Part shown: one piece after another, positions 50,958-59,454 of the stretch | Numbering within the stretch: position 1 is the stretch's first letter | Layout: every line of letters starts with the position of its first letter | Origin: Candidatus Dormiibacterota bacterium | GTDB taxonomy: Bacteria; Chloroflexota; Dormibacteria; Aeolococcales; Aeolococcaceae | NCBI GenBank assembly: GCA_963800175.1 | Contig: CAWCZS010000002.1 | Location: forward strand, 2,305,695 to 2,369,694 | Reading direction: 5' to 3' | DNA length: 64,000 nucleotides | Program-made: the position numbers and the translations under genes | The notes under the pieces: model-generated | The model's input: only the letters and a program-made list of their open reading frames with translations | Database searches by the model: none | What the model was told of the DNA's origin: nothing

Positions 50958-50969
50958 GTCGCGTCCTCC

Positions 50970-51878
50970 TCAGAGCCCTGTCACGCGGTCGACCGCCATG
51001 ATCGCGAAGAGCAGAGCCAAGTAGATCATTGAATGGTAGAAGAGCCGGCGTGCCGAGCGCGCTGACGGGCGTCTCGCGGCCACGACGGCATCGGTCAGCA
51101 GGATCCCGTCGAGGACTGCGGCACCGCCCGCGTAGACCGCTCCGAACGACTGGGTCAGGATCGGCAGGACGGTCACGAGGCAGAGCACGACTGTGTACAG
51201 CACGATCTGGTAGCGGGTCTGGCGGTCGCCCTGGACGACCGGCATCATCGGAACGCCGGCGCGGGCGTAGTCGCCTTTGATGAGCAGCGAGAGCGCCCAG
51301 AAGTGCGGTGGCGTCCAGTAGAAGACCACTGCGAACAGGAACACCGCGGTGATGTTCAGGCTCCCTGTGACAGCGGCCCATCCGACGAGCGGCGGGATCG
51401 CGCCGGCTGCACCGCCGATGACGATGTTCTGCATCGACGTGCGCTTGAGCCACATCGTGTAAACGAAGACGTAGAACAGCAGCGCGAGGAGCGCGAGGCT
51501 CGCGGAGAGCACGTTGACGGTGGTGGCCAGGAGCGCGAACGATGCGACACCGAGCCCAATCCCGAAGGCGAGTGCCTGCCTCGGCTCGATGCGACCGGCG
51601 GGCAGCGGGCGCGACTTCGTGCGGCCCATGTCCTGGTCGATGTCACGGTCGAACCAGCAGTTGATCGCGTTGGCACCGGAGGCGGCGAGCCAGCCACCCG
51701 CGACGGTGAGCAGCACGAGGCGCCATCCGGGCCAGCCGCGATCCGCGATCACCATCGCGGCGACAGCCGTCACCTCGAGCAGCACGATCACACGCGGCTT
51801 GGTCAGCGCCAGGTAGTCGCGCGCGATGTCGGACGTGCGCCGGCGCGGCAACGCCTCCAGGCTGACGGCGACGGTCAC
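50970..51878 (-). CDS. ctaB: protohaem IX farnesyltransferase (haem O synthase)
   Basis: UbiA-family motifs: LTKPRVIVLL, NCWFDRDIDQDMGRTKSRPLP, PPHFWAL. 302 aa. Confidence 0.92.
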   Translation of the reverse strand: MTVAVSLEALPRRRTSDIARDYLALTKPRVIVLLEVTAVAAMVIADRGWPGWRLVLLTVAGGWLAASGANAINCWFDRDIDQDMGRTKSRPLPAGRIEPRQALAFGIGLGVASFALLATTVNVLSASLALLALLFYVFVYTMWLKRTSMQNIVIGGAAGAIPPLVGWAAVTGSLNITAVFLFAVVFYWTPPHFWALSLLIKGDYARAGVPMMPVVQGDRQTRYQIVLYTVVLCLVTVLPILTQSFGAVYAGGAAVLDGILLTDAVVAARRPSARSARRLFYHSMIYLALLFAIMAVDRVTGL

Positions 51879-51911
51879 GACTGCGCCACCTGCGCGCGGG
51901 GCAGGACCGGG

Positions 51912-52862
51912 TCAGAGGGTGTTGCCGTCTGCGCCGGGAGACGTCTCGCCGACGACCTGGAGCGCAAGGAGCGCCGCAGCGACGACTGCGCCCCAGAGAA
52001 GCGACGCAAGCGCGATATGCAGCGCACTCAGCCCCGCCGGGAGATTGAAGATGGCATCGAGTGCACCCGCTGCAACCTGGAGCACCAGCAGCACGTTGAC
52101 CGCCATCACGGCGATGCTGACCGCCCGATCCCCGCGACGGCGCTTGCGGATCATCGCCATCAGGCCGCCAAGCATCAGCACCACCACGCCGGCAATGACA
52201 CGGTGGGCAATGTTGATCGTGGCCGACTGCGTTGTGGGAAGAGAGAACCCGCTGCCGCAGAGCGGCCAGCTGCTGCATCCACCCGTGGAATTCGTGGCCA
52301 CCAGGAAGGCACCGCTCAGCGCGACGACATACGTGGCGACAACCGCGATGACGACCGGGACCTTCAGCGACTCGTTGGCCGCATCACCGAGCCCGGGCGA
52401 CTGTCGCGCCGTGCCAACTGTGGTCGCAATCACCGCGACGTAGATCAGCACCGCGAAGAGGAGCAAGGCGTTGGCGAGGTGCAGCATCACGACGCCACCC
52501 GGAAGATTGGTCTCGACGGTGATCGCACCGAGCGCGATCTGGATGACGAAGAGTCCCGCGGCCACGCTGGTGCCGACAAGAATCTTGCGCTGGTGGCGAT
52601 GCCACACCCACGTCGCGACAGTGAGGACGATCACGAGGATCGTGCAGATCGATGCAAGCCAGCGGTGCGTGAACTCGATGAGCGTGTTGAGCTGCCACGC
52701 GGGAAGCAGCGAGCCGTGACACAGCGGCCACTGATCGCTCGTCCCACAGCCGTTGCCGCTACCGGTGACACGGACGATGCCGCCCCAGATGATCAACAGG
52801 TAGGTGATCACCGCCGTCCACACCGCAAGGCGGCGGAAACCGACCGACGGCCGCGAGCTCAC
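51912..52862 (-). CDS. ctaA: haem A synthase (COX15/CtaA)
   Basis: IWGGIVRVTGSGNGCG..WPLCHG, FTHRW, and a second-half repeat (GCSSWPLCG..IAHRV). 8 TM. Confidence 0.9.
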   Translation of the reverse strand: MSSRPSVGFRRLAVWTAVITYLLIIWGGIVRVTGSGNGCGTSDQWPLCHGSLLPAWQLNTLIEFTHRWLASICTILVIVLTVATWVWHRHQRKILVGTSVAAGLFVIQIALGAITVETNLPGGVVMLHLANALLLFAVLIYVAVIATTVGTARQSPGLGDAANESLKVPVVIAVVATYVVALSGAFLVATNSTGGCSSWPLCGSGFSLPTTQSATINIAHRVIAGVVVLMLGGLMAMIRKRRRGDRAVSIAVMAVNVLLVLQVAAGALDAIFNLPAGLSALHIALASLLWGAVVAAALLALQVVGETSPGADGNTL

Positions 52863-52875
52863 CGTGCCACCCGCC

Positions 52876-54582
52876 CTACGCGGGCGCTCCCGACGCTGCT
52901 GCCGCTGCTGCCGCCTTCTTGCGCGCGATACGCGCGTCGCGCACCGGCCGGAGGCTCATCACTTCGGGCTCCTCGTCGAAGTTCCATGCCGGTGGCGGCG
53001 ACGATGTCGCCCACTCGAGGGTGTTGCCCTCCCATGGATCGTCGGGCGCCGTCTTTGGCGCGCGCATGCTGATGACGAAATTGATCATGAACACCGTGAC
53101 CGAGATGGCGATCACGAATGCGCCGAAGGTGATCAGCGAGTTGAGGTCACCCCAGCCGCGGTTGTCGAGGTAGGTGGCGATGCGACGCGGCATCCCGAGC
53201 AGCCCGAGCGCATGCATCGGGAGGAACGTCAGGTTGATGCCGATGATCATCAACCAGAAGTGCAGTTTGCCCAGTTTCTCATTGAGAAAACGGCCGGTCA
53301 CCTTCGGGAACCAGTAATAGAACGCGGCAAACACGCCCATGACGCTGCCGCCGAACAAGACATAGTGAATGTGCGCCACCACCCAGTACGTGCCGTGCAC
53401 AAGACGGTCGACGGCGAGACTGCCCAGATAGACGCCATCGATGCCGCCTATCAGAAACATCAAGATGAACCCGCACGCAAAGAGCATGGGCGTGTCGTAT
53501 TTGATGCTGCCACCCCACATCGTGGCAAGCCAACTGAAAATTTTCACCCCCGTCGGCACACCGATGACCATCGTGGTGAAGGCGAAGAAGGTCTGCACAA
53601 CGAGCGGTAGTCCGGTCACGAACATGTGGTGCACGAACACGATGAATCCGAGCACGGCGATGGCGGCGATGGATGCCGCCATCGCTTTATAGCCGAAGAT
53701 CGGTTTTCGGCTGAACACCGGCACGATCTCGCTGATGATCCCGAACGCCGGCAGGATCATGATGTACACCGCCGGGTGTGAGTAGAACCAGAACACGAAC
53801 TGGTACAGCAGCGCGCTGCCGCCGTTGACCGGGTCGAAGAAGTTGGTGCCGATCTGGCGATCGAGCAGGTTCATCGCAAGCCCGGACGCGAGGAACGGCG
53901 ACGCGAGCACGACAAGTGCGGCGGTCACCTCCTGCGCCCACACGAACAGCGGAAGCCGTCCCCATGTCATGCCTTTGGCGCGCATGTTGTGGATGGTCGC
54001 GAGGAAGTTGATGCCGCCGAGCATCGAGGACACACCGACGAGATGGAGTCCGATGATCCACAGGTCCTGGCCCATGCTGCAGCTGTAGTGGCTCCCCGTC
54101 AGCGGGACATAGCCGGTCCACCCCGCGTCACCCGGACCACCCGGGCAGAGCAGGCCGGCGTGGGTCGTCGCGGGGACCAGGAAGCCCGAGTACATGACGA
54201 TGCCGCCGAGGGGGATGAGCCAGAACGACAAAGCGTTGATGCGCGGAAACGCCATGTCGCGCGCACCGATCATCAACGGGACCATGTAGTTGCCGAACCC
54301 GGCCCACACCGGAATGATCCACAGGAAGATCATCGTCGTCCCGTGCATCGTGAAAATCTGGTTGTACTGCTCGGGCGTCAGAAACGTGTTCTGCGGCTCG
54401 GCGAGCTGGATCCGGATCAGCAGCGCCATGATGCCGCCGAGCAGGAAGAAGAAGAAGGTCGTGAACAGATACATGATCGCGATCTTCTTGTGGTCGACCG
54501 TGGTCAACCAGCCGAGGATTCCCTTCGACTTGTCGACGCGCGCGAAGCGAGCCCGTGGAAGGGTCGCGTCCATGACCGCCAT
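52876..54582 (-). CDS. ctaD: cytochrome c oxidase subunit I, A2-type signature
   Basis: GFGNYMVPLMIGARDMAFPRINALSFW, WFYSHPAVYIMILP (YS instead of the helix-VI Glu), HHMF, VAHIHYVLFGG. 568 aa. Confidence 0.95.
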   Translation of the reverse strand: MAVMDATLPRARFARVDKSKGILGWLTTVDHKKIAIMYLFTTFFFFLLGGIMALLIRIQLAEPQNTFLTPEQYNQIFTMHGTTMIFLWIIPVWAGFGNYMVPLMIGARDMAFPRINALSFWLIPLGGIVMYSGFLVPATTHAGLLCPGGPGDAGWTGYVPLTGSHYSCSMGQDLWIIGLHLVGVSSMLGGINFLATIHNMRAKGMTWGRLPLFVWAQEVTAALVVLASPFLASGLAMNLLDRQIGTNFFDPVNGGSALLYQFVFWFYSHPAVYIMILPAFGIISEIVPVFSRKPIFGYKAMAASIAAIAVLGFIVFVHHMFVTGLPLVVQTFFAFTTMVIGVPTGVKIFSWLATMWGGSIKYDTPMLFACGFILMFLIGGIDGVYLGSLAVDRLVHGTYWVVAHIHYVLFGGSVMGVFAAFYYWFPKVTGRFLNEKLGKLHFWLMIIGINLTFLPMHALGLLGMPRRIATYLDNRGWGDLNSLITFGAFVIAISVTVFMINFVISMRAPKTAPDDPWEGNTLEWATSSPPPAWNFDEEPEVMSLRPVRDARIARKKAAAAAAASGAPA

Positions 54583-55370
54583 CAGGATCCTCCGAGGGTG
54601 CAGGCTTTGCTGGTCGGGTCGATGGTGCCGCTGGGATTACCGAACACGCAGGACTGGAACTGGTTAGACGGCAACGCGATGACGGTGAAGACCATCGTCG
54701 CGTGGCCCACGCCGCACAACTCCGTGCACTGCCCGTAGTAGGTGCCCTGCCGCGCCTCGATCGGCGCCGTGTTGACATCACCGGGGATCGCGTTCATCTG
54801 CTGGCCGAGCGACGGCGCGAAGAAGCTGTGGTTGACGCCGCATCCCTCGTCGGAAATGGCCTGCGCCTCGGTGCTGCCCGAAGGGATCGTGGGATGCGAG
54901 TTGCAGGGCGGATCCGTCGACACGACATCGAGCGCGACGTCGGTGTTCTCGGGCAGGTAGAGCGTGCCGAAGCTGCGGATGCGCGTCCCGTTCGTGGTGG
55001 CGCCGTAGTCGAACGTCCAGCTGAACTGCTGACCGATCACCGTGACCGTGTACGCCGAGTCGCTGGCGATGTTGTTGATGAACGGCATGTTCGCGGCGGT
55101 CAGTCCGAAGAGTGAGAGAAACGTCGCCAGGGGGACGAGTGTCCAGGCGATCTCGAGCCTCGTGTTCCCGTGGAACTGCGGTGGATCGTCATCGTCGCTG
55201 CGGCGGCGGAATTTCACGAATGCGTAGAGCAGCAGGGCCGTGACGATGACGCCGAGCACCACCGACGCCCAGAACACGTACGTGTAAACGTTGAGGGCCC
55301 GATCGGCGATGGTGCCGCCGTCGCCGAAAGCACCAGCATTGTTAACGCAACAGTCTGCGAGCAGATTCAT
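54582..55370 (-). CDS. ctaC: cytochrome c oxidase subunit II (no fused cytochrome c domain)
   Basis: Two N-terminal TM segments. CuA site VNHSF ... GQCTELCGVGHATM. No CxxCH anywhere in the 262 aa. Confidence 0.92.
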   Translation of the reverse strand: MNLLADCCVNNAGAFGDGGTIADRALNVYTYVFWASVVLGVIVTALLLYAFVKFRRRSDDDDPPQFHGNTRLEIAWTLVPLATFLSLFGLTAANMPFINNIASDSAYTVTVIGQQFSWTFDYGATTNGTRIRSFGTLYLPENTDVALDVVSTDPPCNSHPTIPSGSTEAQAISDEGCGVNHSFFAPSLGQQMNAIPGDVNTAPIEARQGTYYGQCTELCGVGHATMVFTVIALPSNQFQSCVFGNPSGTIDPTSKACTLGGS

Positions 55371-55449
55371 CGGCAGCGCAGGATGATCGCATAGCGGCGT
55401 TCAGACGGGCAATCCGCGCCCCGTCGAGCCATCTGGGAAAGCTGCCCGA

Positions 55450-55647
55450 TCATCGCTGCCATACCTTGGTCTTGGTCTTGATCTGGCGTTTCACGAGCTC
55501 GGTGATGTCGGTGTTGATGAGCGCCGAGTTGCCCCACGGCCCGCGATTTCCCGGCGGCACCGAGGGGTCGGGCAGCACCTCGCCGGTCGCCTCGGATCGC
55601 TGGCGGCGCAGCCTCGCGAAGATCGACTTGCGGGATTGCGAGCTCAC
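55450..55647 (-). CDS. small soluble basic protein (unknown function)
   Basis: 65 aa. GTGA overlap with the upstream stop. Non-repetitive (GPWGNSALINTDITELVKRQIKTKTK). Lies between the qcr-like and cta genes. Confidence 0.4.
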   Translation of the reverse strand: MSSQSRKSIFARLRRQRSEATGEVLPDPSVPPGNRGPWGNSALINTDITELVKRQIKTKTKVWQR

Positions 55648-56078
55648 AGGCGGAACACCTTGCGCTGCGCGGCGCGCTCCAGGTCGCCGGCCGCCATGGC
55701 AATCGCACTCTGGTAGGCATCGATGATCGAGCTCGCCCAGATGAACAGCCCGGCGAGAAACAGCCCGATGAAGAGAAAGACCGAGACGAGCGCGATCAGC
55801 AGGAAGAGCGCGCCAGAGTGGTGTGTGAGAAGGGTGTGCCCGATACTCTGGCCGGCCATGATCAGGAGGATCGCGGGACCGATTGTGAGCACGGTCCAGG
55901 CGAAGTAGTACAGCGCCTTGCGCGGGTACAAGAGGTACAGCTGGCCGAGACCCGGGACGATCGACAACCCGGCGGCGACACCGGGATTCGGACGGCGCAG
56001 AGGGGTGACCCCTCCGGCGTCAGACGCCATCACCGGCGCGACGACACGTCCAGAGGGCGCGGCCGCCCAACGGTGCAA
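55644..56078 (-). CDS. membrane protein (3 TM; unknown function)
   Basis: GLSIVPGLGQLYL..ALYYFAWTVLTIGPAILLIMAG..ALFLLIALVSVFLFIGLFLAGLFIWASSIIDAY. Start uncertain (TTG 56078 or an internal ATG). Confidence 0.5.
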   Translation of the reverse strand: MHRWAAAPSGRVVAPVMASDAGGVTPLRRPNPGVAAGLSIVPGLGQLYLLYPRKALYYFAWTVLTIGPAILLIMAGQSIGHTLLTHHSGALFLLIALVSVFLFIGLFLAGLFIWASSIIDAYQSAIAMAAGDLERAAQRKVFRL

Positions 56079-56084
56079 TCGAAG

Positions 56085-56219
56085 TCATCGGCCGACGAAC
56101 GCCCGGTAGAGGTAATACGCGGCGAGCAGCAGTGTCCCGAAGGCCCAGATGGCGACGAACAGAACGTCGCCCCAGCCGGCCTCGCCGGGGTACAGCTCCG
56201 CAAGCAGTGGGAAAGGCAT
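56085..56219 (-). CDS. 44-aa single-TM micro-ORF (not in ORF track)
   Basis: MPFPLLAELYPGEAGWGDVLFVAIWAFGTLLLAAYYLYRAFVGR. Starts 4 nt after the previous stop. GC3-rich. Confidence 0.4.
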   Translation of the reverse strand: MPFPLLAELYPGEAGWGDVLFVAIWAFGTLLLAAYYLYRAFVGR

Positions 56220-56223
56220 CTGC

Positions 56224-56349
56224 TCAGTGCGCCTTGAAGTTCTCGAGGAGGAACTCCCCGTAGATGAGCACGAACGTGAAAACGAGCAGCCCGAAGAAGA
56301 CGACGAGCGTTCCGATCAAGTCGCGTGCGAACGTGCTGCGGCGCTTCAT
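56224..56349 (-). CDS. 41-aa single-TM micro-ORF (not in ORF track)
   Basis: MKRRSTFARDLIGTLVVFFGLLVFTFVLIYGEFLLENFKAH. Starts 10 nt after the cytochrome c stop. 38 of 41 third positions are G/C. Confidence 0.4.
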   Translation of the reverse strand: MKRRSTFARDLIGTLVVFFGLLVFTFVLIYGEFLLENFKAH

Positions 56350-56359
56350 TGCATGGTGC

Positions 56360-57367
56360 TCATGGGAGGGTGCTGTAGTCCTCCCAGTGGCGGATGAACT
56401 GGATGAGGATGTTGATCTGCGTCTGGGTCAGCACGGGTGACGTGTTCAGCACCGCGCCAGGACCTGGCGGGTTCGCGGCCTCGTTGTAGTCGCTGGCGAT
56501 CCCGCCCCAGTTGGGCATGATGCTGCCGTAGTGCTCGAAGTCGGTGAAGCCGTATTCGATGCAGCGGTAGTAGTAGTCCTCGTTGAAGTATCCAAGCCGG
56601 TCCTGGTTGTTCAGCGGCGGCCCGGCGCCGCCTTCACCCTGGCCGCCGTGGCAGCGCGCGCAGTTGGCGTAGTACAGCTGCGCTCCCTCGGTGAACGTGT
56701 ACTCGGGATTGATGATCAGGTTCTGATGGGCGTCCGTCTCGTCGAGCCCGAGGCGGTTGCCGTTATGGCAGACGATGCAGCCGATCTGGTCGATGCCCAG
56801 TTCGCCGGTCGGCGTGCCTGACACATCGCCGTAGTCCGTCGCGGGATCCAGGAACGACGGCAAGGGACCCGGCTGCTCGACCGTCACCGGTGCTGCCGCC
56901 GGCGCGCCAGGCGGTGTGTACGGCGTGTACGTGAAGGACGTGAATCCATCCGGCCCATACGTGTCGTAGCTCATCGACGGCGGGTAGTTGCTCCCGGTGA
57001 GGCTCACGTACGCCGGATGGATGCCGGTGAGGTGGTACTCCTTCGCCAGCGCCAACGCATTCGGCTCGTACTTGAAGAAGTCCTGGCTGATGCGCTGTGC
57101 CGCCTCCACCGGACCGATGGTGCCGATATCGGGAACGTGGCACGAGATGCACCGCTCGACGCGGTACGTGTCGCCCTCGATCGTGGCCTCGGGGAAGCTC
57201 GGGAACAGCTGCTGCACCTGGACGTTGAAGTCCGAGTCCGGGTAGTCCTTCAGGTACTGCTGCTGGATGGCGATATACGTCCGGCTGCTCGAGTCCTTGA
57301 ACGCCGCCCAGGCCACCAGACCGAGGAGGACGACGCTGAGGCCGACGAAGATGATTCTCGTTCTCAT
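56360..57367 (-). CDS. membrane-anchored c-type cytochrome with three CxxCH motifs
   Basis: N-terminal TM. CISCH, CIVCH and CARCH (the last in a class-I-like domain with ..GSIMPNWG). ATGA overlap with the subunit IV gene. Confidence 0.88.
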   Translation of the reverse strand: MRTRIIFVGLSVVLLGLVAWAAFKDSSSRTYIAIQQQYLKDYPDSDFNVQVQQLFPSFPEATIEGDTYRVERCISCHVPDIGTIGPVEAAQRISQDFFKYEPNALALAKEYHLTGIHPAYVSLTGSNYPPSMSYDTYGPDGFTSFTYTPYTPPGAPAAAPVTVEQPGPLPSFLDPATDYGDVSGTPTGELGIDQIGCIVCHNGNRLGLDETDAHQNLIINPEYTFTEGAQLYYANCARCHGGQGEGGAGPPLNNQDRLGYFNEDYYYRCIEYGFTDFEHYGSIMPNWGGIASDYNEAANPPGPGAVLNTSPVLTQTQINILIQFIRHWEDYSTLP

Positions 57368-57921
57368 ACCGGCGAGCTCAGTCCCGGGTGGCCGAGGATC
57401 AGAGTCCAGTCCCAGTTGAACGCTTCACCGCGGAAGAACTCTCCGATGATGACGAAGGCCACTGCGAGGCAGACGTACACGGTGAAGAGCACGATCGCCA
57501 CCTTGCGGTCCTGCGGCCTGCGGCTCGGGTTGCGGTCGAGGTACGGGGTCAGGATCATGAAGATGATCACGAAGCTCGGGAACGCAACACCGGCCATGAT
57601 CGGTGGGAAGCGCTCGAGCAGCTCCTGCAGGCCGACGAAGTACCACGGCGCCTTGGCGGGGTTCGGGGTGATCGAGGTGTTGGCGCGCTGCAGCAATGGC
57701 GCGTTGACCTGGATCGACACGAGCAGCAGGAAGCAGAAGGCCGCCAGGCCGGCGAGGAATTCGCGCCACACCAGGTAGGGGAACGTGACCACGGTCTCCT
57801 CGTCCTCGCGACGGCGGATGACCAGTGGCGTACTCGCCAGCTCAGGTCCCGAAACGGGTACCTGCGGACGCGGTGTGACAGCACCGCGCGGGTCGCGTCC
57901 TCCCTCGACGACAGTTGCCAT
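57364..57921 (-). CDS. cytochrome b6f-type subunit IV (C-terminal cytochrome b domain)
   Basis: 3 TM. Qo-site region PNPAKAPWYFVGLQELLE aligns with ..LPEWYFFPVFQILR of subunit IV. A separate gene after b6. Confidence 0.88.
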   Translation of the reverse strand: MATVVEGGRDPRGAVTPRPQVPVSGPELASTPLVIRRREDEETVVTFPYLVWREFLAGLAAFCFLLLVSIQVNAPLLQRANTSITPNPAKAPWYFVGLQELLERFPPIMAGVAFPSFVIIFMILTPYLDRNPSRRPQDRKVAIVLFTVYVCLAVAFVIIGEFFRGEAFNWDWTLILGHPGLSSPV

Positions 57922-58652
57922 CAGAGGCCTCCTGTGAACCCGTCTTTACGGACGCGCCAGAAGTGTACGACCATCAGCAAGAAGCCGATCAGGGGCAGGG
58001 CGATCACGTGTAAGACGTAGAAGCGAATCAGAGCACCTTGTGCTACCTGGTCGCCACCGAGCAGGAGGTATCTGGTGTAGGGACCCACGATCGGGGCGTA
58101 CTTCGCCATGTTGGTGCCGACCGTGATCGCCCAGATGGCGAGCTGGTCCCAGGGGAGGAGATAACCGGAGAAGGAGAGCAGCAATGTGATCAGAAGGAGG
58201 AAGGTGCCGATGACCCAGTTGAACTCCCGCGGCGGCTTGTACGCGCCCTGGTAGAAGACGCGCGCCATGTGCAGCCAGACGGTGATGACCATCGCGTGGG
58301 CGGCCCACCGATGCATGTTGCGAATGATGTCCCCGAAGACCGCGACGAACTGCAGATCCTTGACGTTCTGGTACGCCGTATCCACCGAGGGGATGTAATA
58401 GAACATCAGGAAGAGCCCGGTGATCGTCAGCAGGATGAACAGGAAGAACGAGAGACCACCGAGGCACAGCGTGTATGACACCCGAACGGCCGACTTCTTG
58501 ACGCGCACCGGATGGATGTGCAGGAAGAAGTTGGTCAGCGCGGTACGAGCCGCGACCTTGTCGTTGGTCGGCAGACCATGGCGGAAGACCGAGCCCCAGA
58601 GTTGCGCGACGAATGCGCGGACAGGGTTCGCCTGGCCGGGGGTTGCGCTCAT
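57921..58652 (-). CDS. cytochrome b6-type (N-terminal cytochrome b domain)
   Basis: Helix B has H-x13-H ([16 protein letters not shown]). Helix D has H-x14-H ([17 protein letters not shown]). LCLGG Cys equals the haem-ci attachment position. WDQL. Confidence 0.92.
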   Translation of the reverse strand: MSATPGQANPVRAFVAQLWGSVFRHGLPTNDKVAARTALTNFFLHIHPVRVKKSAVRVSYTLCLGGLSFFLFILLTITGLFLMFYYIPSVDTAYQNVKDLQFVAVFGDIIRNMHRWAAHAMVITVWLHMARVFYQGAYKPPREFNWVIGTFLLLITLLLSFSGYLLPWDQLAIWAITVGTNMAKYAPIVGPYTRYLLLGGDQVAQGALIRFYVLHVIALPLIGFLLMVVHFWRVRKDGFTGGL

Positions 58653-58690
58653 CGACCGAGACCCCTCATTCGCTTAAGCCGCCTCCTCAT

Positions 58691-59359
58691 TCAGACCCCG
58701 AGGGTCTTGCCGTTACTTTTCTTGGTATCGACCAGCAGCCGCCATTCTGGGGCAATGTTGTTCCCAGGCCCACGGGTCGCAACGAGCGTCGCCCGGTCGA
58801 CCGCGAAGAACCCATCCGGAGTGACCTCGATGTTCACCCAGTCCATCGGCCGCGGCGCCGGACCGTAGAAGTTCGTCGAATCGATGAAGTACCGGCTGCC
58901 GTGGCATGGACACGCCCATCCGTTGGGAAGGCGCTGATTCTGCGTACGCACGCCGCGCGCCTCTGCGACCGATGGAGCGACACCCGAGCCCGTGGTCACG
59001 TCCGTGACGTAGTTCGGCGTGCAGCCGAGGTGTGTGCACACCAGGTACACGGCGTAGATGCCGGCGTCGTCGAGCACGACGGTGACCCGCTTGTCGGTCT
59101 CTGAAAGGACGTTCACCGGAGTGACCGCCTTGCCGCCGACAACACCGCCGGTGAGTTGGTCGAACGTGAAGGCCGTCTTGAACAACGCCGGGGCGTTGCC
59201 CGAGGCCTGGGGGAACATGAATCGCAGCACTTCGATGCCGCCGAACAGGCTGGCACCCGCTGCGGCGAGGCCACCCATGATCATCAGGAACTGACGTCGC
59301 GTCGCCTCGGCGCGAGCACGCATCTTCCCTCGCGGCGATTCGTACGGATTCAGCGCCAT
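58691..59359 (-). CDS. Rieske [2Fe-2S] protein with Tat signal
   Basis: RRQFLMIMGGLAAAG twin-arginine signal. CTHLGCTP and CPCHGSRY cluster boxes. GAGGA SD. Confidence 0.92.
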   Translation of the reverse strand: MALNPYESPRGKMRARAEATRRQFLMIMGGLAAAGASLFGGIEVLRFMFPQASGNAPALFKTAFTFDQLTGGVVGGKAVTPVNVLSETDKRVTVVLDDAGIYAVYLVCTHLGCTPNYVTDVTTGSGVAPSVAEARGVRTQNQRLPNGWACPCHGSRYFIDSTNFYGPAPRPMDWVNIEVTPDGFFAVDRATLVATRGPGNNIAPEWRLLVDTKKSNGKTLGV

Positions 59360-59454
59360 GCAGTCCTCACGAGGGAGCCAATTTCTCGGGCAAGTTTAGG
59401 GTCTCGCGGCCCCTGAGCCGCCTGACCGGATGTCGCTGCGAGCCTCATCCCCGG

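Noticed and set aside
51303-53072. 589-aa plus-strand ORF, plus many 100-300 aa ORFs opposite ctaB, ctaA, ctaD and idi (e.g. 985..2103 minus, 31405..32391 minus, 8721..9545 minus).
   Set aside because: All are antisense or out of frame relative to genes with strong motif evidence. Their translated sequences are low-complexity Arg/Pro/Gly-rich.
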